Below are positions 19,418 to 29,345 of a stretch of 64,000 bases of DNA, in pieces. The translations under genes and the position numbers were made by a program. Origin of the DNA: Patescibacteria group bacterium (lineage in GTDB: Bacteria > Patescibacteriota > UBA1384 > DATEAH01). How positions within the stretch are numbered: position 1 is the stretch's first letter; every line of letters starts with the position of its first letter. The notes beneath the pieces are model-generated. The model worked only from the letters and a program-made list of their open reading frames with translations, searched no databases and was not told where the DNA came from. Location of the stretch: assembly GCA_035288465.1 (NCBI GenBank), contig DATEAH010000007.1:66090-130089 (forward strand), written 5' to 3'.

Positions 19418-19571
19418 GATCAATCTTGCAGAAACAAAAGGAGTTTCTGTTTTTTATATTGATAATCACTTGCTATTTGGGAATTCTTGTTGTAAAATAG
19501 ACAAAATAAGGGCTGAGCCTTGAGCTTGGTCTTGGTGACTTTAACAATTCAACCTAAGGGGGGTCGAGGAT

Positions 19572-20117
19572 ATGGAAAGTCCAGTCGTTCAGATTAGCGA
19601 TGAGTTGTTTGAAGAATTGCGCCAGCTTTGGCGCGAATCAGGACTTTCCAGATTAGGATATTCATTCCATGCTTTTCCTCGGCATCTTCAACAAAAATTC
19701 GGTATCAAGAAAATGCCATTGCAGGACAAACTCTTGCTTTATGGCAGGGCGCGCAATGATACACATTTGTCAGAGCAGTTGGTTGGAAACCTAATCGCCA
19801 TTTTTCCTGGCGTAGTAATATTTAAAGACACATCATTTGAACATCAACTCGATGGGCTTATGGTTCGCGTTGGTCCGACTCACCCATCAGCATTTATACT
19901 CCGGTCATTTCGAGCTCCGCATAGTAGCGTTTCGCTCGTAATTAATGTTTTTATTAAACCGGAAAACTATTTCGTTGACGGTCAGATTTGTCCAGCCTGT
20001 ATTAGTTGGGGAATTGGTGGCGGCGGAGGATCCGGAAATACTTTGGCCATTGATCAGAACCGATGGGAAGCAATGATTGCCTGGCTTGACAAATGGTTGC
20101 CACCAACAGAAACTTAG
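19572..20117 (+). CDS. Hypothetical protein (single-gene cassette after tRNA-Leu)
   Basis: GAGGA SD; own promoter-like TTGCTA..TAAAAT and own terminator. Confidence 0.7.
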   Translation: MESPVVQISDELFEELRQLWRESGLSRLGYSFHAFPRHLQQKFGIKKMPLQDKLLLYGRARNDTHLSEQLVGNLIAIFPGVVIFKDTSFEHQLDGLMVRVGPTHPSAFILRSFRAPHSSVSLVINVFIKPENYFVDGQICPACISWGIGGGGGSGNTLAIDQNRWEAMIAWLDKWLPPTET

Positions 20118-20138
20118 ACTTAATAGTATTTTTTCTTG

Positions 20139-20182
20139 ACGGGGATGGCCCGATTCAAGACCCAGACCAACCCCGTTTTTTT
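20139..20182 (+). terminator. Rho-independent terminator
   Basis: acgggg ... ccccgt stem followed by a T-run. Confidence 0.7.
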
Positions 20183-20242
20183 ATTTGTACTAAAAATTTG
20201 TCAAATTGTGAAAAATTAGTTATATTAATATTAGGATATTAA

Positions 20243-20380
20243 AAACTCTAAGCACGAAATCCTAAATTCGAAACAAATTTTAATAACCAAAATTAAAATA
20301 TTCCAAACAGGTTTTGAACATTTGAACATTTGGATTTTGATATTGTTTGTTTAGAATTTAGATATTAGAGTTTAGAATTT
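20243..20380. repeat. Heptamer-periodic imperfect palindrome (family copy 3)
   Basis: Left arm aaactct aagcacg aaatcct aaattcg aaacaaa; right arm tttgttt agaattt agatatt agagttt agaattt. Confidence 0.8.
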
Positions 20381-20399
20381 GCGACCAGAGGGAGTATTT

Positions 20400-20912
20400 A
20401 TGCCCATAGAGCCTGTAATAAAAAGTTACCTGCCTTTGGATGATGATTCAGAAACGCCAGATTCGAAAGAAGAAAGAATTGTTGAAAAGGAGGGAGATTC
20501 CAAGGAACCATTTTCCCTGGAAGACGAAAGAGCTTTTGCCGTAGGCCTTACCACCATCATTGTGGTAGTGGGTTTATTGGTAATTTTTGGTGTTTGGTAT
20601 TTCGTGACGCATAACCAAGCCGCAGAAGTATCAACAAATGAATCTATGTCTGATCAACCGGGCGAAAAGGTTTTGGGCGAAAGCATCGAACCGGACCAAA
20701 ATACTATTCCCACTGATTCCGAACAAACGGTCGGGACTGAAACTGAAACAACTTCAACATTTCCCGGCGGTGTTTATACAGTTGAATCAGGTGATACTTT
20801 ATATTCAATTGGTTTGAAACTGAAAGTCGATTGGAAAGAAATTGCGCAATTAAACAATTTAGAGAGTCCATATAATTTAAAGAAGGGTCAGGAATTACAA
20901 ATTCCCCAATAA
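20400..20912 (+). CDS. LysM-domain membrane protein
   Basis: One TM helix; C-terminal YTVESGDTLYSIG..IAQLNNL..LKKGQELQIP. Confidence 0.9.
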   Translation: MPIEPVIKSYLPLDDDSETPDSKEERIVEKEGDSKEPFSLEDERAFAVGLTTIIVVVGLLVIFGVWYFVTHNQAAEVSTNESMSDQPGEKVLGESIEPDQNTIPTDSEQTVGTETETTSTFPGGVYTVESGDTLYSIGLKLKVDWKEIAQLNNLESPYNLKKGQELQIPQ

Positions 20913-20934
20913 TAAATTCCTGATTAAGGATTAA

Positions 20935-21546
20935 ATGAAACGTAAAATTAAAATTCTATCAGTAACGTTCATTGTTATTTTGGTCGGAATTTTCGTTTAT
21001 TTCTATCTTCCAAAAATTTTAAGCGACACGGTTTATCCTTTGGAATATAAAGATTTAATTAAAAAATACGCGACAGAATATCAACTTGATCCAAATTTCG
21101 TTGCCGGGGTAATTTTTTCCGAAAGCCATTTTAACGCTCACGCGACTTCACCGGTGGGAGCACGAGGCTTGATGCAAATTATGCCCCAAACTGGCAGAGG
21201 AATCGCCCGCAGTTTGGGAGAAGAAGCAAGTTATAGCCCCGATAAATTATATAATCCCGAGACAAATATTAAGTATGGTTGCTGGTATTTGCGGAATTTA
21301 ACCAACAAATATCCTTGGGATGTGAGTTATGTTTTAATCGCTTATAATGGCGGGGTAGCTTTGGCTGACAGATTTGCCACCTATGGCGGTTCGCTCAATG
21401 CGGAAACTTCATATTATTATGTGAAAGTGCAAAAGAATAAACAAATTTATGATCAATTATATGGTAAGTGGTGGGAAAGCGAAAAGAAAGTTAAAATGAA
21501 GCCAACCCTTAAAGATATAATTTTGTCTTGGATGTTAGGTCGGTAA
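20935..21546 (+). CDS. Lytic transglycosylase (SLT domain)
   Basis: ESHF, GARGLMQIMP, AYNGG, ET motifs. Confidence 0.93.
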   Translation: MKRKIKILSVTFIVILVGIFVYFYLPKILSDTVYPLEYKDLIKKYATEYQLDPNFVAGVIFSESHFNAHATSPVGARGLMQIMPQTGRGIARSLGEEASYSPDKLYNPETNIKYGCWYLRNLTNKYPWDVSYVLIAYNGGVALADRFATYGGSLNAETSYYYVKVQKNKQIYDQLYGKWWESEKKVKMKPTLKDIILSWMLGR

Positions 21547-21575
21547 TAAAATAAGAGAATAAAGATTGTGATAAA

Positions 21576-23312
21576 ATGAATTCGAATACAATCCGTGAAA
21601 AATTTGTCAGTTTTTTTAACAATAATAAGCATCAATTGGCCGCGCCATCTTCTCTAATACCCCACGAAACCGATGCCTCGGTTTTATTTACAACCGCCGG
21701 GATGCAGCAGTTTAAAAATTATTACGCTTATCCGGATCGTGCCTCAACTGCCAGGATGGTGACTATTCAACCGTGTGTGCGGACTTCTGATATTGAAGAA
21801 GTCGGTGATAAAACCCACCTCACTTTTTTCGAAATGCTGGGCAATTTTTCTTTTGGTTATCCTGGTAAAAAGGGATCATATTTTAAAAAAGAGGCGATTG
21901 ATTTCGCGTGGGAATTTTTGACTGATAAAAAATGGTTAGGAATTGATCCTGGGAGAATTTCGGCGACTTATTTTGGCGGTGACGAGGAAAAAAAGTTAAT
22001 GATTGATGAGGGTTCAAGAAGAAACCTTGAATCTGTCAAGGGTTTGGATAAAATTGAACCTCACGGTTTTGAAGATAATTTTTGGACTTTGGGGACAGAG
22101 TTAAGTCCGGCTGGTCCGACTATTGAATTTTATGTGGACCCCTCGACTTCGCTCGGGGCAGGTGGCATTGAAGTTTGGAATTTAGTTTTTAACGAATATG
22201 TTTTTCATGACAATGAATACGGACCTTCAAGATATCAAGGTGTTGATACGGGGATGGGTTTGGAACGGTTAGCAGCAATAATGCAAGAAAAAGATGATGT
22301 TTATGAAACTGATTTGTTTTGGCCAATAATTAAGTATTTAGGTGATGGTGAGGTGTTACCACTTAATTATAATCGCGATAAAGAATCTTTAAAAATTATT
22401 GTAGATCATCTTAAAGCCGCAACTTTTTTGGTAAACGATGGAGTTTTTCCCTCAAATAAAGATCAAGGTTATATAGTTCGAAGATTGATTAGAAGAGCAT
22501 TATTACATAGTCAGTGGAGTGAATATAAAAATGATTGGGTTCCTGAAATTATCGAAGAAATCATTAATATTTATCCTTCACTTCAGAATTCAAAAGATAA
22601 AATTAATAAAGTGATTAGTCTGGAAATTGAAAAATTTCAAACAACAGTTGAGCGAGGGAAGAAAATTATTACAAAACTTGAAATCCTTGATGCCAAAGCA
22701 GTTTTTGATTTATATCAAACTTATGGATTTCCTTTGGAATTATCTCGCGAATATGCCGCGATGAAAAAAATTAAGATTAATAATGAGGATTTAAACGCGG
22801 AAATTAAAAAGCATCAGGAATTATCTAGAACCGCATCTGCTGGGAAGTTTAAAGGTGGTTTGGAAGATACCAGCGAACAGACAATTAAACTTCACACAGC
22901 AGCACATTTATTATTAGCAGCTTTGCGACAAATTTTAGGCGATCGGGTAATTCAAAAAGGTTCGAATATTAACGCTGAACGATTAAGATTTGATTTTTCA
23001 CATCCGGAAAAATTAACACCTGAGCAGGTTAAAAAAGTTGAAAATCTAGTGAATGAAAAAATTAAAAGCAATCTGCTCGTAAAAATGAAACAGATGAGTT
23101 TAGAGGAAGCGAAAAAATCAGGTGCTCACGGCACTTTTGATGCCAGATATGGCGATAAAGTTAAAGTATATTCGATCGGCACATTTTCTAAAGAAATTTG
23201 CGGCGGCCCGCATGTTAAAAAAACCAGTCTACTCGGTAAATTTAAAATTATTAAAGAGGAATCTTCTTCTGCAGGAGTTCGCCGAATCAAAGCGGTTTTA
23301 AATAAAACATAA
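21576..23312 (+). CDS. alaS: Alanine--tRNA ligase (compact form, no C-Ala domain)
   Basis: FTTAGMQQFK, FFEMLGNFS, DTGMGLER, HTAAH and CGGPH editing motifs, GVRRIKA. Confidence 0.96.
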   Translation: MNSNTIREKFVSFFNNNKHQLAAPSSLIPHETDASVLFTTAGMQQFKNYYAYPDRASTARMVTIQPCVRTSDIEEVGDKTHLTFFEMLGNFSFGYPGKKGSYFKKEAIDFAWEFLTDKKWLGIDPGRISATYFGGDEEKKLMIDEGSRRNLESVKGLDKIEPHGFEDNFWTLGTELSPAGPTIEFYVDPSTSLGAGGIEVWNLVFNEYVFHDNEYGPSRYQGVDTGMGLERLAAIMQEKDDVYETDLFWPIIKYLGDGEVLPLNYNRDKESLKIIVDHLKAATFLVNDGVFPSNKDQGYIVRRLIRRALLHSQWSEYKNDWVPEIIEEIINIYPSLQNSKDKINKVISLEIEKFQTTVERGKKIITKLEILDAKAVFDLYQTYGFPLELSREYAAMKKIKINNEDLNAEIKKHQELSRTASAGKFKGGLEDTSEQTIKLHTAAHLLLAALRQILGDRVIQKGSNINAERLRFDFSHPEKLTPEQVKKVENLVNEKIKSNLLVKMKQMSLEEAKKSGAHGTFDARYGDKVKVYSIGTFSKEICGGPHVKKTSLLGKFKIIKEESSSAGVRRIKAVLNKT

Positions 23313-23339
23313 AGTATAAAGAGGGGCTGAAGGGAAAAA

Positions 23340-26300
23340 ATGAATAAAGTAATTATTAAGATTTTTCAGATTTTTCTTATTTTTGTATTAATTTTTTCGT
23401 TTTCGTTTAAAGTTGGTTTGGCTAAAAATCAGAACTCGGACTCTAAAAAAGAACCAAGTAAAACCGATCAAAAAAAGCCGACTTTTGTTCCAGGCGAAAT
23501 CATCGTCAAATTTAAAGAAAGCATTAATCCTAATAAAGATAAATCGCTCAAAGATTTGGAACAAAATTTAGGCGGTGAATCATGGCAATCGATTTTTAAG
23601 GGCAAAGCGAGCCAAAAATTAAATGTTTATAAAAAGAAAGTCATGGCTGGGTCAGAAGCCAAGGCAATCGAGAAATTATCTAAACATCCGGGGGTTGAAT
23701 ATGTCGAACTCAACCAAATAATCTACACGGAAATGATACCGAATGATCCTTTTTATTCTTCATCAGGTTCTTGGGGCCAGGGCTTTGACGACCTCTGGGG
23801 AATTAAGAAAATTCAACCAGAGTCAGCTTGGGATTTGGCGTTGGGAGAAGGAATAACTGTGGCAGTAGTTGACACTGGCGCAGATTATAATCATGAAGAT
23901 TTGGCTCAAAATATTTGGAACAATCCCGGCGAAGTAGGCATAGATGCTAATGGTAATAATAAAAACAGCAATGGTCTTGATGACGACGGCAATGGCTATA
24001 TTGACGATTGGCAGGGCTGGGATGCAAGTACTATCGTTACTCAACCTCGAGGATGGTCGTCTATGATCAGTGGCAGTAAAGAGCAGGATAATGATCCAAT
24101 AGATGATAATGGTCACGGAACTCATGTTTCGGGCACGATCGCCGCGGTCGGCAATAATGGCGTGGGTGTAATTGGGGTAGCTCCAAAAGCCAAGATTATG
24201 CCGGTAAAATTTTTAACTAAAGATGGCGTAGGCACACATACGGATGCGGCTAATGCGCTAATTTACGCTGCCGAAAATGGTGCTGAGATTATTAATAATA
24301 GCTGGGGAGGGTCTTACAGCCGACTTGTTCATGACGCGATTAAATATGTTTATAGTGTGGGGCCAGTGATTGTTGCCGCTGCCGGTAACAGTAGCGAAGA
24401 TAATCTTTATGACATTCCTTCTGGATTTCCTGAAGTAATTTCAGTTTCAGCGACTGATAATACTGATTCTTTAGCAGGGTTTTCTAGTTTTGGCAAGGTT
24501 GATGTTTCAGCGCCGGGTGTAGGCATTCTCTCATCTAAATCCTCCCTTGACGACTCAACTTATTTAAATGTGGGCGAAAAATATCGGGTTGCTTCCGGCA
24601 CCTCAATGGCATCACCACATGTCGCGGGTTTAATTGCTTTAATCCTTGCCCAAAACTCAAATTTAACCAGTGAGGAAGTCAGGCAAGTTTTGGTAAAATC
24701 AGCCGACGACTTAGGAGCAACGGGTTTTGATCCTAATTTCGGTTTTGGTCGGATCAATGCTCAAAAAGCCTTAAATGAAACCTTGATGGGGCAGGCGGTA
24801 ATTTTGGCACCAGTCGGTCATTTTGATGGGAATAGTGTCAATGTTTTTGGCACGGTCCAAGCCGCGAATTTTCAAGAATATTTGCTTGAGTATGGGGCAG
24901 GCGATTTGCCTCAAACTTGGATGGAAATTGTAACTTCCACAACTCCAAAAACTAATAATTTATTAGGCGCTTGGAATACCAGCGGTTTGGCTTTTGGCCG
25001 TTATACCATCAGACTAAAGGTAATTGATACCAGTGGCAATATTTATGAAAGTATGAACAGGGTTGATTATGGCGTCCCGCTTGAAATTTTTAACCTGGAG
25101 GCAGCTGTTTTTTCACCTACGGAGACAATAATTAACTGGAATACCAATCGTCAATCTTATAGTTGGGTAGAATATGGCAAAGACACAAACTATGGCAAGA
25201 CGGCTTACCCTGATAGTGAGATTGCGGACTTTGCGGTTCAGCTTCTGGATTTAGAACCCAGCACTACTTATCATTATCGAATTATTGCTGATGAATTTGC
25301 CAAAGAAATATCCTCGCCAGATTATACTTTCACTACTCAAACGCCGTTTTTTTCAATTCAAAATGTTAATATTGCGCTAGAACCGCATCAGACCACAATT
25401 ACTTGGGAGACTGACATCCCAACTACCGGTTTGGTTCAATATAACCGGACCTATTGGACAAAAAACTTGTATTATCAATATCGAAATGAAGCGGCAGACG
25501 CTAATCTATCCACCACTCATAGCGTGGTTTTATCTCAACTAGATGATAATCAGGAATATATTTTTATCATTAAATCTCAAGACCAAAATGGCAATGGCGC
25601 CACAACTTCGCCCACTTATTTTACCACCACCCAAGGTCAATATCCTCAAGTGATAAATTTTGTCAGTCAAAATCTAACCGAAAATAGCCTTGATCTTGTC
25701 TGGAATACTGATATTCCCTCTACGGCTGAAATTAGATTTCATGGCGCCAATGAAGTCGCGTACTACGATACAGTACAGCAAAATGATAATAATTTGGCCC
25801 AACATCATGAGAAAAATTTGACAGGATTAAAACCCTCAACCGTTTATTGGCTGACAATTGTCTCAATTTCTACTGACGGCAGTCGTTCTTATTACAACCC
25901 AGAAAATTTTAGAACTCCTGAGTCATCCCATATTAGCAACTTAGTGGTGCAGCCTCTTGACAGATCCGCGACTGTTAGTTGGACAACCGATATTCCAACT
26001 TACAGTCGAGTGTGGTACCAAGCTGGGGCGTTAGAGCTTTATAATTATCCGACTTCATATACAAGTTGGAGTTTAACGACAAATCATTCAATTACCTTGA
26101 CCGGCTTATTGCCAGAAACTTTATACGGCTTTAAGGTTGAAAGTTTCGATGACAATAACAATGATTTTTTTCTAAATATTGGAGAATTTACTACTCTTCT
26201 ATTAGATGATCAAGTTCCAACCGGTTTAATCAAAATTAACAATGATGCTTTATATGTAAACCAAACGGGAGTGACTCTTAATCTTACTGCCACAGATAAT

Positions 26301-27038
26301 GTTAGTGTGACCGAAATGCAATTTTCCAACAATGGAACGATATTTAATTCTTGGGAGCCTTATTCTGCGAGTAAAAATTGGATTTTAAGTTCCGGAGATG
26401 GCTTAAAAACGGTTTATGTGCGATTTCGTGATGCTTCAGGTAATATCTCAACTACTTATTCTGACAGCATTTGGCTAGATACCACACAGCCCTCTAATGG
26501 TTTGGTTATAATCAACAATAACGCGGTCTATGCTACTTCAAGCGTTGTTGCTTTAACCCTTTCGGCTCAAGATAATGTTGGTGTAACCGAGATGCAGTTT
26601 TGCACTGATGAGGGTTATGTTTGCCGTTCTGACGCATGGGAGCCATATTCAACTACCAAATTTTGGACTTTCTATAATGGCGATGGGATAAAAACAATTT
26701 TTGTTCGTTTTCGCGATGCCGCTGGCAATATCTCACAAACTTACAATGATACGATTTCAATTGACACCACGGCGCCCACAGGTTCGATTTTAATCAATAA
26801 TGGTGCTGTCTCCACCAAAACTCGTTATGTCACTTTAAATCTTTCTGCTTCTGATAACCTAGGCGGAACAGTGCAGATGAGATTTTCAAATGACAACATC
26901 ACCTGGACTTCTTGGGAAAACTTTGCCTCGACAAAGAAATGGACTTTAACTACTGGCAAAGGTAGTAAAACAGTTTACGTTCAGTATCGTGACGCCGCCG
27001 GCAACATTACCATTTTTTCGGATTCAATAAAGTATTAA
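23340..27038 (+). CDS. Secreted S8 subtilase with FN3/Ig-like C-terminal repeats
   Basis: Signal peptide, inhibitor-like prodomain, VVDTG / HGTHVSG / SGTSMASPHVAG triad, four FN3-like repeats, three ~95-aa C-terminal repeats. Confidence 0.93.
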   Translation: MNKVIIKIFQIFLIFVLIFSFSFKVGLAKNQNSDSKKEPSKTDQKKPTFVPGEIIVKFKESINPNKDKSLKDLEQNLGGESWQSIFKGKASQKLNVYKKKVMAGSEAKAIEKLSKHPGVEYVELNQIIYTEMIPNDPFYSSSGSWGQGFDDLWGIKKIQPESAWDLALGEGITVAVVDTGADYNHEDLAQNIWNNPGEVGIDANGNNKNSNGLDDDGNGYIDDWQGWDASTIVTQPRGWSSMISGSKEQDNDPIDDNGHGTHVSGTIAAVGNNGVGVIGVAPKAKIMPVKFLTKDGVGTHTDAANALIYAAENGAEIINNSWGGSYSRLVHDAIKYVYSVGPVIVAAAGNSSEDNLYDIPSGFPEVISVSATDNTDSLAGFSSFGKVDVSAPGVGILSSKSSLDDSTYLNVGEKYRVASGTSMASPHVAGLIALILAQNSNLTSEEVRQVLVKSADDLGATGFDPNFGFGRINAQKALNETLMGQAVILAPVGHFDGNSVNVFGTVQAANFQEYLLEYGAGDLPQTWMEIVTSTTPKTNNLLGAWNTSGLAFGRYTIRLKVIDTSGNIYESMNRVDYGVPLEIFNLEAAVFSPTETIINWNTNRQSYSWVEYGKDTNYGKTAYPDSEIADFAVQLLDLEPSTTYHYRIIADEFAKEISSPDYTFTTQTPFFSIQNVNIALEPHQTTITWETDIPTTGLVQYNRTYWTKNLYYQYRNEAADANLSTTHSVVLSQLDDNQEYIFIIKSQDQNGNGATTSPTYFTTTQGQYPQVINFVSQNLTENSLDLVWNTDIPSTAEIRFHGANEVAYYDTVQQNDNNLAQHHEKNLTGLKPSTVYWLTIVSISTDGSRSYYNPENFRTPESSHISNLVVQPLDRSATVSWTTDIPTYSRVWYQAGALELYNYPTSYTSWSLTTNHSITLTGLLPETLYGFKVESFDDNNNDFFLNIGEFTTLLLDDQVPTGLIKINNDALYVNQTGVTLNLTATDNVSVTEMQFSNNGTIFNSWEPYSASKNWILSSGDGLKTVYVRFRDASGNISTTYSDSIWLDTTQPSNGLVIINNNAVYATSSVVALTLSAQDNVGVTEMQFCTDEGYVCRSDAWEPYSTTKFWTFYNGDGIKTIFVRFRDAAGNISQTYNDTISIDTTAPTGSILINNGAVSTKTRYVTLNLSASDNLGGTVQMRFSNDNITWTSWENFASTKKWTLTTGKGSKTVYVQYRDAAGNITIFSDSIKY

Positions 27039-27070
27039 GATAAAATTATTGTATTAAAACAGGAGGAAAA

Positions 27071-28033
27071 ATGTTTAAAAAAATAATTATTGGAATTTTG
27101 GTTTTGGGGTTGAGTTTTCCTCAAATTATTTTTGCAACTTCAAGCCAAAAAAATATCTATGATTCGCAGGGAACTTATGTAGGATATAGCAAAATATGGT
27201 CGGATAAAGACTCAGCCTTGGCTAATGGTTCTGAAATTATTAAGATAAACGGTGGTGTTTGGATTGTGAGCACAGAATGTCCAAGTGCGCCTTGCTATTG
27301 GCCTCCGGGCGGAGGTCATAAGTATAGAATTTTAGTTTCTGGTTCAGGAAATTCGATTTCTCCTTCAGAAATAACGAGCGGTGATGTAATTTTTCAACTT
27401 TCATCTACGGTGGCTGACACTAAAACCATAACTCTCCAAAATTGGCAAATGACAGACTGGGCTACAGATGCTTCAATTCAAATAACTTTTACTTCTGCTA
27501 CTCAACCCAAATCCACCACCACGACCACCTCTGCCCCTGCCACTGTTCAAAAACCATCAGCACCTGCCATTTCTGCTATTAATGGCAATGCCCTGTCAGA
27601 AAACAAGACATATAATAAAACTTTAAGGCAAGGCCAAAAAATCACTTTTTCTGGCAAAACATCAGTCAATTCAACTGTTAAATTATATATCTACTCCGAT
27701 CCGATTACCGCAGAGGTCAAATCAGATAAAGACGGTAATTGGTTGTACACTTTAACCCAAGATCTAGCAATTGGCGAGCATCGTGTCGAAGCTGAAGTCA
27801 CTGACGCCAATAGTCAAAAATCTGATAAGGTAGAAATTGCTAAGTTTACCATTAAACCCAAAATTGAAACACCGGCATCAACTTCAACCAATATCCCCAC
27901 TTTTATTTTCAGCACTTTAACCTATGGTTTATTTGGTTTAGTTTTAGTTTTGATGGGAATTTTGATTTATTTAATTATTAAAAGAAAAAAGAAAGTTGGA
28001 AATTCAAATATTCCATCGAATCCTGTAGTTTAA
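27071..28033 (+). CDS. Surface protein: signal peptide, T-rich linker, bacterial Ig-like domain, C-terminal TM anchor
   Basis: TFSGKT..VKLYIYSDP..SDKDGNW..GEHRV Ig-like pattern; TM helix followed by KRKKK. Confidence 0.8.
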   Translation: MFKKIIIGILVLGLSFPQIIFATSSQKNIYDSQGTYVGYSKIWSDKDSALANGSEIIKINGGVWIVSTECPSAPCYWPPGGGHKYRILVSGSGNSISPSEITSGDVIFQLSSTVADTKTITLQNWQMTDWATDASIQITFTSATQPKSTTTTTSAPATVQKPSAPAISAINGNALSENKTYNKTLRQGQKITFSGKTSVNSTVKLYIYSDPITAEVKSDKDGNWLYTLTQDLAIGEHRVEAEVTDANSQKSDKVEIAKFTIKPKIETPASTSTNIPTFIFSTLTYGLFGLVLVLMGILIYLIIKRKKKVGNSNIPSNPVV

Positions 28034-28087
28034 AATAATTAAAGGAATATTAAAGCTGTTTTAGCATAAATTTTATTGAGGGGCAAA

Positions 28088-29335
28088 TTGGCACTATTCG
28101 ATTTTCTAAAACCTAACAAGGGAAATTTTGGCTTAGTTTTAGATATTGGCACCGAATTTATTAAAGCTCTAATTTTTGAAATTAAAGGCGATGAAGCGGA
28201 AATTTTGGGTGTCGCCCGGGTGAGGCAGAAATTAACGGAAATGCGCGGCGGCGTAGTTTTGGATATTGAGGGAGTGATAAAAAATTCTCAAGAAGCGATT
28301 GCCAGAGCCGAAGAAATGGCAAAAGCAACTGCCACTCAAGTGATTGTCGGCATTGCTGGAGAATTGGTTAAAGGCACGACCACCACGGTTCATTATTCTC
28401 GCGCCAAAGCTAAAGAAAAAATTACCTATGCGGAGTTGAGAAATATCGTTGATAAGGTGCAGCGGCGTGCTTTTGATAAAGTTCGCGAATCGCTTTCTTT
28501 TGAAACTGGGCATGCAGAAATTGATGTCAAATTAGTTAATGCTGCAATCGTGGATGTTAAAATTGATGGGTACCGCGTCACTAACCCTTTGGGTTTCCAA
28601 GGAAAAGATGTCTCGGTCTCGGTTTTTAACGCTTTTGCGCCGATTGTGCATTTAGGGGCATTGCAAACAATCACTGAAGAATTGGGTTTAGATTTAATTG
28701 CGATTGCGGCCGAGCCATATGCAGTCGCCAAAGCAGTCGGTTTGGATGATTCCTTGGATTTTTCCGCGATCTTTATGGATTTAGGCGGGGGAACCACCGA
28801 TATTGCGGTGGTGAGAAATGGCGGCTTGGAAGGGACAAAAATGATTGCCATTGGTGGCCGTTCATTTACTAAACGATTATCACAAAATTTGAGCATTTCT
28901 TTTGAGATGGCTGAAGAGATGAAAATTAGTTATTCAAATGGTTTTTTGGAAGGAAAATCTGCTGGCAGGGTCAAGAAAGCATTTTTGCCTGATTGCAAGG
29001 TTTGGCTTTCTGGAGTAGAATTAACATTAGAGGAGTTTTCTGATGATTTATTACCTTCTCGTATTTTGTTATGCGGTGGTGCTTCGGCTTTGCCAGAAAT
29101 TAAATATATCTTAGAAACTGACGATTGGTATAAAAGGTTGGCTTTTGCGAAAAAACCAACCATAGAATTTATTCATACCGAGGACGTGGCAAGAATTAAG
29201 GATTTGACTCGTCGTTTACAAAATCCACAAGACATTACGCCCATGGCATTAGCCAATACCGCTTTAGATTTTACCGGACCAGAAAATATTGTGGACGGGA
29301 TATTAAACAAGGTGGTGAAATCATTAAGAGAATAA
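28088..29335 (+). CDS. FtsA/PilM-like actin-fold ATPase
   Basis: LDIGTEFIK, AEPYA, DLGGGTTDI, LCGGAS motifs. Confidence 0.85.
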   Translation: MALFDFLKPNKGNFGLVLDIGTEFIKALIFEIKGDEAEILGVARVRQKLTEMRGGVVLDIEGVIKNSQEAIARAEEMAKATATQVIVGIAGELVKGTTTTVHYSRAKAKEKITYAELRNIVDKVQRRAFDKVRESLSFETGHAEIDVKLVNAAIVDVKIDGYRVTNPLGFQGKDVSVSVFNAFAPIVHLGALQTITEELGLDLIAIAAEPYAVAKAVGLDDSLDFSAIFMDLGGGTTDIAVVRNGGLEGTKMIAIGGRSFTKRLSQNLSISFEMAEEMKISYSNGFLEGKSAGRVKKAFLPDCKVWLSGVELTLEEFSDDLLPSRILLCGGASALPEIKYILETDDWYKRLAFAKKPTIEFIHTEDVARIKDLTRRLQNPQDITPMALANTALDFTGPENIVDGILNKVVKSLRE

Positions 29336-29345
29336 AGGAGGAGGT

